Source of the DNA: Eledone cirrhosa | Lineage: Eukaryota | Direction: 5' to 3' | NCBI GenBank assembly: GCA_964016885.1 | Contig: OZ024752.1 | Location: forward strand, 35,092,001 to 35,156,000 | DNA: 64,000 nt | Shown: positions 13,202-27,084 of the stretch, piece after piece | How positions within the stretch are numbered: position 1 is the first letter of the stretch | Layout: each line of letters opens with the position of its first letter | Translations under genes and position numbers: made by a program | The notes under the pieces: generated by a model | What the model saw: only the letters and a program-made list of their open reading frames with translations | The model's database searches: none | What the model was told of the DNA's origin: nothing

Positions 13202-13820
13202 AATGTTTTATGATTTAGTGTTAAAGAATAAAAACTAATGATAAAATAAAAATATATATTTAAAAAAGAGGCCCTCGAGGGTGTATGACCCTAAGCTATA
13301 GCTTATTTATCTTAAAGGTAAGTCCAGCACTGATAGGATTAGAGTTATATTTAAACACAACTCTATATACTTGCTCATATTGACACCAACACACACAAAA
13401 AAACCTCCCTAACAACTAATATATGTTTTTTCCATTATTGCTACACCTTATTTAAGTCCTATTTGCTACTCAAATAAGTAATTTAATTAAACTGGGAAGT
13501 TTTCATTGTATATAATTGATGGTTTGATTACTACGTGATTCACATTAGCTTTTATTGGTTTTTGTGTTTACAATTATATTTCTATTAAGACTTGGCTTGC
13601 AATGGTTGGTAATTTGGGATATTTGCTTGTTTTGCGAAACGATTTCTTTGGCTACGTGGCTACGTGTTCGTTCTAATATTGATCAATTTAGAATAGAGAG
13701 AGAAAAAGTGATTACACAAACATTCGGTAACATTTCTTTAATTACTCTGAATACAAAACAGTCATTTTCAGAGCTTTTCGTTACACAACTTTTCAGCTTT
13801 ACACACGCACGTACGCACGA

Positions 13821-13946
<126 letters not shown>

Positions 13947-14011
13947 CACATCACATCACATCACATCTATATGTATGTATGTATGTATATATATATATAT
14001 ATATGTATATA

Positions 14012-14330
14012 TAACGAAGGAAATGTGGTAAGGAACCAGGTGGACCATAACGCACCAAAGTACTCAATACTTAGGGTAGTAGAGTGGGTAATAGGAACGA
14101 GTAGGACCCCGACGGCTGAGCTCAAACCGTTTCGACGGCTAATTCTGGACTAAATGAAAATTTTTATCCTGGTATATGAATAGCCGACCTTCTCAGGGGG
14201 TTATTCCATATATGGTAAAAGTGATTCTCACAAGGATTGGTCAAAAGTTTGTTGTTGAGACATAATAATTCTATCATGGCAATTTTTGGAAGGAAGGGGT
14301 AGCTGAACCTGCCAGTAGAAGAAAGAGGGA
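14012..14330 (-). mobile_element. Penelope-like pseudo-LTR remnant (family A) with decayed hammerhead at 14106-14201
   Basis: Same sequence at 13081-13165, 39388-39525, 45158-45318, 45381-45508 and 59189-59340, always next to (TA)n. Fold ACCCC-CTGAGAA-GGTCGGCTA..TAGCCGTC-GAAA-CGGTT..AGCCG-TC-GGGGT. Confidence 0.65.
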
Positions 14331-15080
14331 GAGGGAGTGGAGGAAACCCAGTCGTGCGTTGATAGTGCCAACTACAGCAGGATCCTAAGGGCAGGAGGTC
14401 AAGCAAGTATACTAGGGAGGGGGAGGGGGGAGGAAGTCGAAACAATAAGTAAATCAATATGGAAGAATACCAAGAATGTTAAAAATATAAAAAAAAAAAC
14501 AATTTCTGGTTACTATTCCCTAACCACAATCATCAAGTCTCTCACTGGTACTGCTAAACTATAGAAAAGTTTACTAGGTGGGACGGAATTGTAGTGAGAC
14601 CATTTTATGAGTTAGTAGAAATCAACCGAGTATATCTTACAGTGACAGGTCAACAAGTAGGGGGCCAAAATACTAAAGAAACTACCACGAAATAATAATT
14701 CAGAGTCCCGAAACTAATACGAAATAATTGTTTCTACCCCAGGCACAAGGCCAGCAACCACCCAGTGCAAAACATAAACTAATACGAAATAATAATTCAG
14801 AATCCCGAAAATGAATACTAATACTATCTCTAAGGGTGCCACTACGATACAAAACTTCCTCCTCCCCCCTCTCTATATGTATATATATATATATATATGT
14901 ACATGTATGTATGTGTATATATATATTTGTATATGTATATGTATGTATATATATGTATATGTATGTATATATGTATATGTATGTATATATATGTATATGT
15001 ATGTATATATGTATATGTATGTATGTATATCTCTATATATATATATATTATGTATGTATGTATATATATATATGTATGTG

Positions 15081-15310
<230 letters not shown>

Positions 15311-15789
15311 TAAAACTGTCTATATAAAGTGGTTTCTGATTTAGAAACAAGGCCAGCAATTTAAAAAGGAAAGTGTTGATTAAATCGATCCCCCAGTATC
15401 TTACTGGTATTTCATTTTATCTACCTCGAAAGGATGAAAGGTTAAGTAGTCCTCGGTTACAAAGCATGTTGTCTGATGCTCTACCGATTCTGTTAATCCA
15501 CAATCCTAAGTTAACCAATAATAGATATAATTATATTTGCAGTATTTAAGGTTTACCAAGAATGTTTTAGATAAAGGGGTTTTATTTTATTTTAATTTGT
15601 TTTCTTCTAGTTGCCAAAAATCCTATCTCCAATCTAAGAATATATATAACTCTTGTAGTTGGAGAGCTCTTTAAAATAAGAAGTTAATATTTCACCATTT
15701 AATTCTAAGTTGAAGTCATCCCACTTCATTTACACCACTAATGCTTCCTGGGAAAAGTATAGCCGTCAGATTTTCCTAGTTGTTTAAAA

Positions 15790-17707
15790 AATATAGACAT
15801 GTGGTTTGTGATAAAATATAGTTATTGTATTTGTGCTAAATAAAATAAACGTGGCATTTGTGCTTAATAATATATAGTCATGGCGTTTATTGCTTAATAA
15901 AATATAGACATGGTGTTTGTGCTAAGCTATAGTCATGGCGTTTATTGCTTAATAAAATATAGACATGGTGTTTGTGCTAAGCTATAGTCATGGCGTTTAT
16001 TGCTTAATAAAATATAGACATGGTGTTTGTGCTAAGCTATAGACATGGCGTTTATTGCTTAATAAAATATAGACATGGTGTTTGTGCTAAGCTATAGACA
16101 TGGCGTTTATTGCTTAATAAAATATAGACATGGTGTTTGTGCTAAGCTATAGTCATGGCGTTTATTGCTTAATAAAATATAGACATGGTGTTTGTGCTAA
16201 GCTATAGACATGGCGTTTATGCTTAATAAAATATAGACATGGTGTTTGTGCTAAGCTATAGACATGGCGTTTATGCTTAATAAAATATAGACATGGTGTT
16301 TGTGCTAAGCTATAGACATGGCGTTTATTGCTTAATAAAATATAGACATGGTGTTTGTGCTAAGCTATAGTCATGACGTTTTTTTGCTTAATAAAATATA
16401 GACATGGTGTTTGTGCTAAGCTATAGTCATGGCGTTTATTGCTTAATAAAATATAGACATGGTGTTTGTGCTAAGCTATAGACATGGCGTTTATTGATTA
16501 ATAAAATATAGACATGGTGTTTGTGCTAAGCTATAGACATGGCGTTTATTGCTTAATAAAATATAGACATGGTGTTTGTGCTAAGCTATAGTCATGGCGT
16601 TTATTGCTTAATAAAATATAGACATGGTGTTTGTGCTAAGCTATAGACATGGCGTTTATGCTTAATAAAATATAGACATGGTGTTTGTGCTAAGCTATAG
16701 ACATGGCGTTTATGCTTAATAAAATATAGACATGGTGTTTGTGCTAAGCTATAGACATGGCGTTTATTGCTTAATAAAATATAGACATGGTGTTTGTGCT
16801 AAGCTATAGTCATGACGTTTTTTTGCTTAATAAAATATAGACATGGTGTTTGTGCTAAGCTATAGTCATGGCGTTTATTGCTTAATAAAATATAGACATG
16901 GTGTTTGTGCTAAGCTATAGTCATGGCGTTTATTGCTTAATAAAATATAGACATGGTGTTTGTGCTAAGCTATAGTCATGGCGTTTATTGCTTAATAAAA
17001 TATAGACATGGTGTTTGTGCTAAGCTATAGTCATGGCGTTTATTGCTTAATAAAATATAGACATGGTGTTTGTGCTAAGCTATAGTCATGGCGTTTATTG
17101 CTTAATAAAATATAGACATGGTGTTTGTGCTAAGCTATAGTCATGGCGTTTATTGCTTAATAAAATATAGACATGGTGTTTATGCTAAGCTATAGTCATG
17201 GCGTTTATTGCTTAATAAAATATAGACATGGTGTTTGTGCTAAGCTATAGACATGGCGTTTATGCTTAATAAAATATAGACATGGTGTTTATGCTTAATA
17301 AAATATAGACATGGTGTTTGTGCTAAGCTATAGTCATGGCGTTTATGCTTAATAAAATATAGACATGGTGTTTATGCTAAGCTATAGTCATGGCATTTAT
17401 TGCTTAATAAAATATAGACATGGTGTTTGTGCTAAGCTATGTCATGGCGTTTTTTGCTTAATAAAATATAGACATGGTGTTTGTGCTAAGCTATAGTCAT
17501 GGCGTTTATGCTTAATAAAATATAGACATGGTGTTTGTGCTAAGCTATAGACATGGCGTTTATTGCTTAATAAAATATAGACATGGTGTTTGTGCTAAGC
17601 TATAGACATGGCGTTTATTGCTTAATAAAATATAGACATGGTGTTTGTGCTAAGCTATGTCATGGCGTTTGTGCTTAATAAAATATAGACATGGCGTTTG
17701 TGCTTAA
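15790..17707. repeat. 55-bp satellite (~33 units) built from two related subunits
   Basis: GCTTAATAAAATATAGACATGGTGTTTGT + GCTAAGCTATAGTCATGGCGTTTATT. Confidence 0.95.
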
Positions 17708-18289
17708 TCAACAAGAAACCACAACACAAAATGTCTGTGAAAGAATTTAGTGTATTTCCAAAGGACGCTTGGCACATGATCTAATCAATCTGGTGATTCT
17801 ACTGACCAGTTTCCAACATAAAAAGGTGGGAATAGAAAATATAAAGACACAATAATGGCGTGCCAAAACTAACCATTAAATGGCGTATAGTTTAAATGAT
17901 TTATAGAACCGTTGGTGAACTTTCCTCACATGAGAGTAAATAAATTAGAACAAGAGAAACGAGTAATGCATGCTAGCGTAAACTTCGCGATTTATAGTTT
18001 CATGTCTTTTATCTATTGACGATAAATATGTCAGTATTTATTTCAAGTTCACGTTTAAACTAAAATTTAGTCAGTCGACCAGATTCTCATCTTCTTTTTC
18101 TCTCTTTCTTTCCTTCCAATGAAGTATTTTATTTCTTTTCCAATGAAGTATTATTGTGAACCAAAGAAAGAAATTATTGAATTCCTTTAGCATTCACATT
18201 ACTCTATATATACTATTATATTTTCATGGAAAAGGCTTTATCTCACATAATATCGAATCTATGAGATTTTGAAAGTATTTATGTTGAGA

Positions 18290-18600
18290 ACAAGACCTTA
18301 ACATCGGTTTGAGTGACCGGTTACAGCCAGTTTCAACAGAAAAGGGAAGAGAATTCTGGCCGGTTTTGTTACATTCTCATCTTTGGCAGCAAATAATTTG
18401 ACTAATATGCAGTAGCGTGGGCAAAACCAACTGGCAGACCCAGGGGGCAGAGCTCGAGCAAGTTGGTTGGATAACATCCATAAGCTTGGCTTGTTTTGCT
18501 TAGGGATCCAGTCGGATCAATAGGAGACGGTTGCTTCCGACAGGACCCGCTAGTTGGAATGTTTTAGGAATCTAAAGTGGGAATAAGTGGGAGAAGAAGA
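18290..18600 (+). pseudogene. Decayed 3' end of an RTE-clade (Rex3/Expander-like) LINE
   Basis: KPTGRPR / GRARASWLDNIHKLGLFCLGIQSDQ*ETVASDRTR* resembles the GRP-x-x-x-W...LGI...VA-x-DR-x-x-W C-terminus. Confidence 0.6.
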
Positions 18601-18980
18601 AATAGCTAACAGGAGGCGAGCGGGGCGGTCTGCCTCAATTGGCACATGTGATCGTTTTGATATTTATTTTAAATTCATTGAGGGTCACAAACTCAAGGAC
18701 CACATCAGGTGTAGCTCAAACTCTAGTTCTGTCACTGATATGTAATTTCAAACAATTTAATTTCTTAAATTGATTAGAATATGTTAACCCCACATTTAAA
18801 AAAAGTTACCTCTACATGCGATGGTAAAAAAGGCGCCAGCTCGCCAGATACCGTCACGTATCCAACTATGACTCCCTGTATAAAACCATCCTACAGGACA
18901 CATACATAATTCACTTATGTTGCTAATACGTTTGGAAAAGAATTAGCATCACAACATCCTTTTCCCATTAACTTAAAATA

Positions 18981-19324
18981 CGAGATTCGGCTGAAAAGTT
19001 CATAGGCTGACCAAAAAGATACTCTCATGGAATGACCAAATGAGGTTTATTTTTCAACATAGTCCCTGAAAAGAAACAATGTAGTTATTGATAAGAAGAG
19101 TTGAAATTAATGTATAGAAGATTTCACAGCTCTAGCATCACTCCTTCATAGACTGACCAAGATACTCTCATGGAATGACTAAATAAGTTTTATTTTTCAA
19201 CATAGTCCCTGGAAAGAAACAATGCAATTATTAATAAGAAGAGTTGAAATTAATGCATATAAGATTTCACAGGTCTAGCATCAATCTTTAATAGTGAGCC
19301 TATGAAATTTACAGCCAACCCTCG
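18981..19324 (-). mobile_element. Mariner-type MITE (same family as 2664) with one internal duplication
   Basis: TA-CGAGATTCGGCTGAAAAGTTCATAGGCT ... CAGCCAACCCTCG-TA. Confidence 0.8.
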
Positions 19325-20665
19325 TATAATGGATTTGCATCTATCAAAAAGAAGCTAATAGTTTTCTTAGCTAAGTTTTCAAATCCCAACTGTAACGTTA
19401 GTTGTTAGAACTTCAAAGTCAGACGAATTTTTAAAATTCTTTTGCATCTCTCCTACTATATATATATTTTTTTTAACTACATTGAGAATATATAAATATT
19501 TTTATCCTCTCCATCACGTTTATCCATACCACATTTCCGTTATGTTTTCTTGGGAATTCTCCAGATTTGTTCTAAATATGATACGTTTAGTGGAATATGG
19601 TTATTAGACATCCATATTGTAATAAAATAGATTCTTGGCGAACTTTTCTTCCATCTTATAGAACGAAAATAATTTAATTTTGTCATTTTTTTTCCTTTCT
19701 GTCCCAAGTGAGATTATTATTTTCTTACGGCGTCGATAAAATAAAGTACCAGTAATGCACTTGGGTAATTGCTGGCTTTGTGCCAAAAGTAGAAACAATT
19801 ATTATTATTATTCAAGGGCTGTGGCTTGGCAGTATCGGTAAAGCGTCGAATAACATGCTTTGTGGCATATAGTTACAGCCCTTTACGGTCTGTGTTCAAA
19901 TCCCGCCGAGGTTAGCTTTGCCTTTCATTCATCCTTACGGGGTCTATGAAATAAAGTACCAGTAATGTACTGGAGTAGATTTAATCTGCAATAGATCGGC
20001 GTCCTGTCCATGGAGAGTCTTGTACTCTCAGTCGTTTAGCGTCAAGGACATCTGAATAAGAACCGACCTAATGAGCCTCCTAATGAGATAAGCATCTGCT
20101 TTGTGAGCCTTCAGCTTAGAACAGGCTTTAACTTAACTTTAAGATCGTCATACCGATAACTAGGTATAGTGTTTTAGCAAGGACAATATGCTGCGTAGGA
20201 AAATAATACTTTGATAACACTCTGCTGATAATACATGTAATAATGTATTTTACAGAAATGTGATACAATCCATCTTTTTAGGTCACATCTGGAGGTCACA
20301 TCTTTTTAGGTCACATCTTGAGGATTTAAGACCTTTATCTCTTTATCTAGCCGAATAGTCTTTAACTGTTACTTCATCTTGTATTACACGTTATAACTTT
20401 CAACTCAAGATGTTATGAAACAGTCACTACTCTAAGAAGAGATACAGACCCAGCAAATATTAGCACCGTTCCAAGTTTATAGGTAAAAAACAAACCTGAT
20501 AACATTTTCTTGCTATGTAGAGTATTTCTTCTTTAAATATAAGTTGTTCAGCATTCAGTCATCAAAAGAAGGAAGTTAGTTGTAAAAGCCAAAACTCGCT
20601 ATCTTATATATATATATATATGTGTGTATGTGTGTGTAATATATATATAATATATATTATATAAT

Positions 20666-20754
<89 letters not shown>

Positions 20755-20803
20755 ATGTGTGTGTAATATATATATAATATATATTATATAATATATATAT
20801 ATA

Positions 20804-20846
<43 letters not shown>

Positions 20847-20850
20847 CGAT

Positions 20851-21209
20851 ATTAAATAAATGGAAACTATATTTATAAAACCATATTTATTTCATTATAT
20901 ATATTTCAGGGATATCATATTAAAAATATGGTATGCCTTCATCAGACAAAATACAATATAAACAGTCTTATAAATAGATAGATTTGACATACCTTACACT
21001 TCAACTTCCATTTAAAAAGTTGATTTGGTAGTGAAAAATGTTAGGGACAGTTATAGAGAAAAAAGAAAAGAAAGAAAGAAAGAAAACGAAGAAAAAGAAG
21101 AAATGCATGTAACGAAAAACAGAGAGAGAGAGATATAGAGAGATAGATAGAGAGAAGAAGTTCATGTAAAGAAAAAACAGAGAGAGATAGATAGAGAGAG
21201 AAAAAACAG

Positions 21210-21240
<31 letters not shown>

Positions 21241-21901
21241 AAAGAGAGAGAGAGAGAGAGAAAAAAATAGAGAGAGATAGATATAGATAGAGATAGAGAG
21301 AGAGAAAAATAGGTAGTTAGGCACCAGTTGAATGACGTATCAATGATATATTTATTTATTTATTTATTTATTTAGTTATAGTATTAAGGTAGAGAGATAT
21401 ATATGTGGTTAGGAGAGAAAACAGCCGTTACATAGAGAGAAAAGAAAAATATCCAGAGATAAACGAGGCAGATTTAAAACATTATGTTTCATCAATCTAA
21501 AATATCAATTCGTATGAATTAGGTATTATAATGTAAATATCAGTATTCATGAATGAGACACGTATCAATAATGTGTGAAAAATAATGATCATATGTCTAG
21601 TTTTACATTATAATACCTAATTCATACGAATTGATATTTTAGATTGATGAAACATAATGTTTTAAATCTGCCTCGTTTATCTCTGGATATTTTTCTTTTC
21701 TCTCTATGTAACGGCTGTTTTCTCTCCTAACCACATATATCTCTCTCTACCTTAATACTATAACTAAATAAATAAATAAATAAATAAATATATCATTGAT
21801 ACGTCATTCAACTGGTGCCCAACTACCTATTTTTCTCTCTCTCTATCTCTATCTATATCTATCTCTCTCTATTTTTTCTCTCTCTCTCTCTCTCTCTCTT
21901 T

Positions 21902-21932
<31 letters not shown>

Positions 21933-22275
21933 CTGTTTTTTCTCTCTCTATCTATCTCTCTCTGTTTTTTCTTTACATGAATTTCTTCTCTCTATCTATC
22001 TCTCTGTTTTTCGTTACATGCATTTCTTCTTTTTCTTCGTTTTCTTTCTTTCTTTCTTTTCTTTTTTCTCTATAACTGTCCCTAACATTTTTCACTACCA
22101 AATCAACTTTTTAAATGGAAGTTGAAGTGTAAGGTATGTCAAATCTATCTATTTATAAGACTGTTTATATTGTATTTTGTCTGATGAAGGCATACCATAT
22201 TTTTAATATGATATCCCTGAAATATATATAATGAAATAAATATGGTTTTATAAATATAGTTTCCATTTATTTAAT
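20851..22275. repeat. Long inverted repeat, ~680-bp arms (20851-21538 / 21602-22275), Penelope-like pLTR pair
   Basis: Arms are reverse complements (mirror ORFs 21001- and 21815+); each carries a hammerhead. Confidence 0.9.
22173..22238 (+). ncRNA. Minimal type I hammerhead motif (mirror copy on - strand near 20890-20955)
   Basis: TATTTTGT-CTGATGA-AGGCATACCATATT(TTT)AATATGATATCCCT-GAAA-TATATA-TA-ATGAAATA. Confidence 0.65.
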
Positions 22276-22590
22276 TACGTAAATATACTCCAAATACTTG
22301 TTGAGTGCTTTTATATCAGTTATAAATATTTACTCGTTGTAACCCAACAATTTAAATAAAACTTTGCATATATATATTATATATATTATATAATATATAT
22401 ATAATATATAATATATATTATATAATATATATATGTAATATATATATATTATATAATATATATATATATACAATAAATGTAATCTTAGTTTTTCGAATAT
22501 TAATAATAATATTCGATTTGTTTGCAATTATGCAAACAAGCCTCTTTTAGGCCATGTCAGTAGAATGAGCCCCTCATTCTTGCTCTTGTG

Positions 22591-22671
22591 TTGGCATGTA
22601 AACAGAACTGCAGACACTAATGTTTCTGGGTGATTACCCTTCATCAGTGCAGTTTACTGTTCACCTGCCAA
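22591..22671 (-). ncRNA. Type I hammerhead ribozyme with long bulged stem I
   Basis: Minus strand reads TTGGCAGGTGAACAGTAAACTGCA-CTGATGA-AGGGT(AATC)ACCCA-GAAA-CA(TTAG)TG-TC-TGCAGTTCTGTTTACATGCCAA. Confidence 0.8.
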
Positions 22672-22967
22672 CTGTCAGAGCCAGTGAAAATATATGATAT
22701 TTTCTATAATATATAGTGTCTGATCGGCCTGATTTGCATATTAGCAAACTGGCTGATCAGTCAGATCAGCATATTAGCAGATCCACTGATCAGCCAGGTA
22801 TATGATGTTAGTAACTACCTTACATTCATAGAGTAAGGCCTTCAAAGTGTTTTAAAGTAATCATACAGTATATTGTTAAACATACAATTCATACATCGCT
22901 ATTCCAGAGCACCAACACAAATTATTTATTTAGCTTCTGTTTCCAATTGTCATTTTACTCTCTATGA

Positions 22968-23155
22968 CAGGCATGTCAAACTGAAGGTCCCCCGAGGGAC
23001 ACATGAGTCACATATGTGTTGTCTGAGGACCACGCATGACAACTAATTGCTCACATTACAACTAATATTTTTTATTTTATATTACGCTCGCGCTCTAAAA
23101 ATCTTTATGCGGGCCGCGGGTGTGCTTGTAAAGGGCCGCATGTTTGACATGCCTG
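22968..23155 (+). mobile_element. hAT MITE
   Basis: TIR CAGGCATGTCAAA; perfect 8-bp TSD CTCTATGA. Confidence 0.9.
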
Positions 23156-23202
23156 CTCTATGATAAACTCTATGAAAAACCTCAACCTTTTGTTTGTAAA
23201 TA

Positions 23203-23670
23203 TCTTCCTATAAAGTCTGTCTTCCTATGAAGTCTTCCTATAAAGTCTGTTTTCCTATGAAGTCTGTCTTCCTATGAAGTCTGTCTTCCTATGAAGTTTT
23301 CCTATGAAGTCTTTCTATGAAGTCTGTCTTCCTATGAAGTCTTCCTATAAAGTCTGTTTTCCTATGAAGTCTGTCTTCTTATGAAGTCTGTCATCCTATG
23401 AAGTTTTCCTATAAAGTCTGTTTTCCTATGAAGTCTGTCTTCCTATGAAGTCTGTCTTCCTATGAAGTCTGTCTTCCTATGAAGTTTTCCTATGAAGTCT
23501 TTCTATGAAGTCTGTCTTCCTTTCCTGTAAAGTCTGTTTTCCTATGAAGTCTGTCTTCCTATGAAGTCTGTCTTCCTATGAAGTTTTCCTATGAAGTCTT
23601 TCTATGAAGTCTGTCTTCCTATAAAGTCTGTCTTCCTATGAAGTCTGTCTTCCTATGAAGTCTGTCTTCT
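23203..23670. repeat. 17-bp minisatellite (AAGTCTGTCTTCCTATG)n
   Basis: Direct. Confidence 0.92.
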
Positions 23671-24143
23671 GAACAATAGAAGGAAACTATCCCCACCACC
23701 ACCACCACCACCACCACCATCACCACCACCACCACCACCATCATCATCACCATCATCATTATTTTTTATTTTTTTTATTTATTTGTTTGTTTGTTTATTT
23801 ATTTATTTATTTATTTCCTAAATATATATTTATTTATTTATTATCTATTTATTTAGTTACTTAATATTCATTATTTATCAATTTATTCTATAAGAAACTA
23901 TTGTGGATTGGCAGTATCAGTAGAGAGTCGGACGCCATGCTTTCCAGCATAGTTACGTCCCTTTACGGTCTGTGTTCAAATCCCGCCGAGGTTAACTTTG
24001 CCTTTCATCCTTACGGGGTCGATAAAATAAAGTACCAGTAATGTACTGGGTAATTGCTGGCCTTGTGCCAAAAGTAGAAACAATTATTTATCAATTTATT
24101 TATTTATTTGTTGTTTATTTGTTTATTTGTTTGTTTGTTTCAG

Positions 24144-24217
24144 ATCATCCAAGGCTAACATCTTTGTCTCCCTCAGCGCCAGATTTATGTGCCAAACTCA
24201 ACCCTTACGAAGTCTGA
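24144..24217 (+). CDS. Gene A candidate last coding exon (N)HPRLTSLSPSAPDLCAKLNPYEV*
   Basis: tttgtttcag acceptor; phase 1 matches exon 3; PSAP and NPY motifs; AATAAA at 24598. Confidence 0.55.
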
Positions 24218-24605
24218 CGAGAAAAAAAACAACCATGATACTTACAACTAACACCTATCTCCACAGACTCTCTCTTTTCTCTGTCTTTCCCTCTCTCTCT
24301 TTCTCTCGCTTTATCTATCTATCTTTCTCTCTCACTTTATCTATCTATTTCTCTCTATATATCTATATATCTCTCTCTCTATCTATCTATCTATCACCCA
24401 CACACCACGCATATACGCTGAAGGGAAAAAACCTTTCTCATATGTATTATATTATTCCGCCTTGAAATATTACGATCTGATAAAACTGAAAATGTCTATG
24501 TTGATATACACACAGTAAACAACTCCGTTGTTATATTGTAAAATATATTCATTTCCTGCTTTAAACGTGTTGCAGTTACAGACAAAAATATCTTTCAAAT
24601 AAATA

Positions 24606-24995
24606 CGAGGGTTGGCTAAAAAGTTCATGAGCTGATAGTTTCATAGTTTGACCAAGATACTCTCTAGAATGACCATAAAATGACCAAATGAGGTTTATTC
24701 TTCAATATAGTCCATGGAAAGAAACAATGCGGTTATCAATAAGAAGAGTTGAAATTAATGCATGCAAGATTTCGCAGCTCTAGCATCACTCCTTCATAGG
24801 CTGACCAAGATGCTCTCATGGAATGACCAAATGAGGTATATTTTCCAATATAGTCTATGGAAAGAAACAATGCGGTTATCAATAAGAAGAGCTGAAATTA
24901 ATGCATGCAAGATTTCGCAGCTCTAGCATCACTCCTTCATAGGCTGACCAAGATACTCTCATGGAATGACCAAATGAGGTTTATTTTTCAATATT
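24606..24995 (-). mobile_element. Mariner-type MITE, partial, with ~143-bp internal tandem units
   Basis: TA-CGAGGGTTGGCTAAAAGTTCATG terminus; same body as 2664. Confidence 0.8.
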
Positions 24996-25660
24996 GTCCT
25001 CTTCCTCCAAAATTGTTGTCGTTGTGTCTAAATCAGAAACCATTACACAGAGGATCGGTTAAGGTGCCTTACAGTATTTGCTTTTGATTATATGGGATTG
25101 CATGACAACCCCAAGAAACCCCCGTTACCAGCTGAACATTACATGACTGTCTTATATGACTAACTTATTTAATGGCGTTGCGTCACGTCCTTGAACAAGA
25201 CACATTATTTCACGTTGATTTTTCTGCCAGGAGTCGCGACCGGTAGATTCTAGATAGTATTAGCAATGGAAACATTGTTTCCTTGGTTTGATTTGATGAA
25301 TTCCACCCACCCTAGTCGGTAAGCGATCGATCGAATTTATTGTTCTAGTTATAGTTTAATATAACTATTGAAAATGTCCAACTGAAATATAAAAGAATAC
25401 CGTTTTTTCCATATTATGACTACGCCGAGAAACATTTCATGTAGTTACCAGATTATTAAGAAGAGTATTTAAATATGAAAGACTTTAATAAGAAATGCTG
25501 AATATACACTGTGGACAATAATTAACATATGTGAATAAAAGAAAAACGAAACCATGGTGATGGTAAAATTTATTACAAAAGTAAAACAAGACATTCATAA
25601 AAGTTTATATAGTTATATTAAATTTTCGATATTTTGCCTGTTTCCAATCACCATCGAGCA

Positions 25661-25755
<95 letters not shown>

Positions 25756-25875
25756 ATTGTAATATATATGTATGTATATATTATAATATATATATTGTAT
25801 ATATATATATTATATATATATCATGTATATATAATACATATATATACTTATATATATATATATATACTCACATAC

Positions 25876-25950
<75 letters not shown>

Positions 25951-26174
25951 AGCATGGATGCTTGTGGCTGCAAACAATATATATATCAACTATACCATGA
26001 CTCTCTCCACCATGACGTTTTTAAACTATGCTTCCATTTATTCAATGTAACTTTGTCTTCCATCAGCGCTTTCCTGAAAATCGCTTGCCCCTCTCTCTCA
26101 TCGAACGAAATAAAAGACACTGCTTCCAACTGGGATCTCTTACTGCAAAAGGAATTCTTTCTCTCACATATTTA

Positions 26175-26214
<40 letters not shown>

Positions 26215-26219
<5 letters not shown>

Positions 26220-26475
26220 TCAGCTCAAAAGTGACACAGAGGAGACTGAGATTAGCTGGACATGCTCACCGACATCCAGAGTTGACACTAAACTCAGTGC
26301 TCCTGTGGGAGCCCCTACATGGACACACTGGAAGAGGAAGACCAAGGTTAACGTATGTTGATGTCCTAAGGACAGACACTGGTCTGTTGGAGACGCAGGA
26401 CATGGCAGCGATAATGAGGGACAGAGACCGCTGGAGAGAACTCGTCCATGGATCTCGGGAATTTTACCCGCCCTA

Positions 26476-26476
<1 letters not shown>
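26215..26476 (+). mobile_element. 5'-truncated LINE 3' end (RTE/RTEX-like RT C-terminus) inserted in (TA)n
   Basis: RRLRLAGHAHRHPE...LLWEP-x-HG...GRPRLTYVD...MRDRDRWRELV; uninterrupted frame. Confidence 0.8.
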
Positions 26477-26506
<30 letters not shown>

Positions 26507-26511
<5 letters not shown>

Positions 26512-26728
26512 TAGGCTGTGGTAAAATACCAGGTGGCCCATAACCCACCAGAGTACTCGATACTTGGGGTAGTAGAGAGGGTAATATGAAAAGATTCAGG
26601 ACCCTGAATCTTTTCATATTACCCACTCTACTACCCCATGTATCGAGTACTCTGGTGGGTTATGGGCCACCTGGTATTTTACCACACTATATCTGATCTT
26701 AAGCTCCTACTTTCGTGGGGTCCTGATT

Positions 26729-26730
<2 letters not shown>
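26507..26730. repeat. Palindrome (~93-bp arms) of a family-A-related pLTR segment, flanked by (TA)n
   Basis: TGTGGTAAAATACCAGGTGGCCC...GATTCAGG AC CCTGAATC...GGGCCACCTGGTATTTTACCACA. Confidence 0.85.
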
Positions 26731-26820
<90 letters not shown>

Positions 26821-27084
26821 TACATATACATATTTACATATTTACCGTATGTATTTATGTGTAAGATGTTAGCTGGACAGACAGTGGTTAACTATTGATC
26901 AACTATTACCCATGCTAGCTACAGTATTGAAAGGTTCTCATTCTATATCTGGAGTTTAAAATGACCCCCAGATTTGGGTGAGATTTCTTAAAGATTAAAA
27001 TGTGTCTTATATGCCGACATATACGGTACATATATATATAATTTATATTCATTCTTCTGTACGTGCTTCTGATAATAAATCTAT

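Noticed and set aside
15790-17707. CRISPR-like regular repeats (also 2842-3390, 27.1-29.6 kb, 54.1 kb)
   Set aside because: No unique spacers, no cas genes, eukaryotic context
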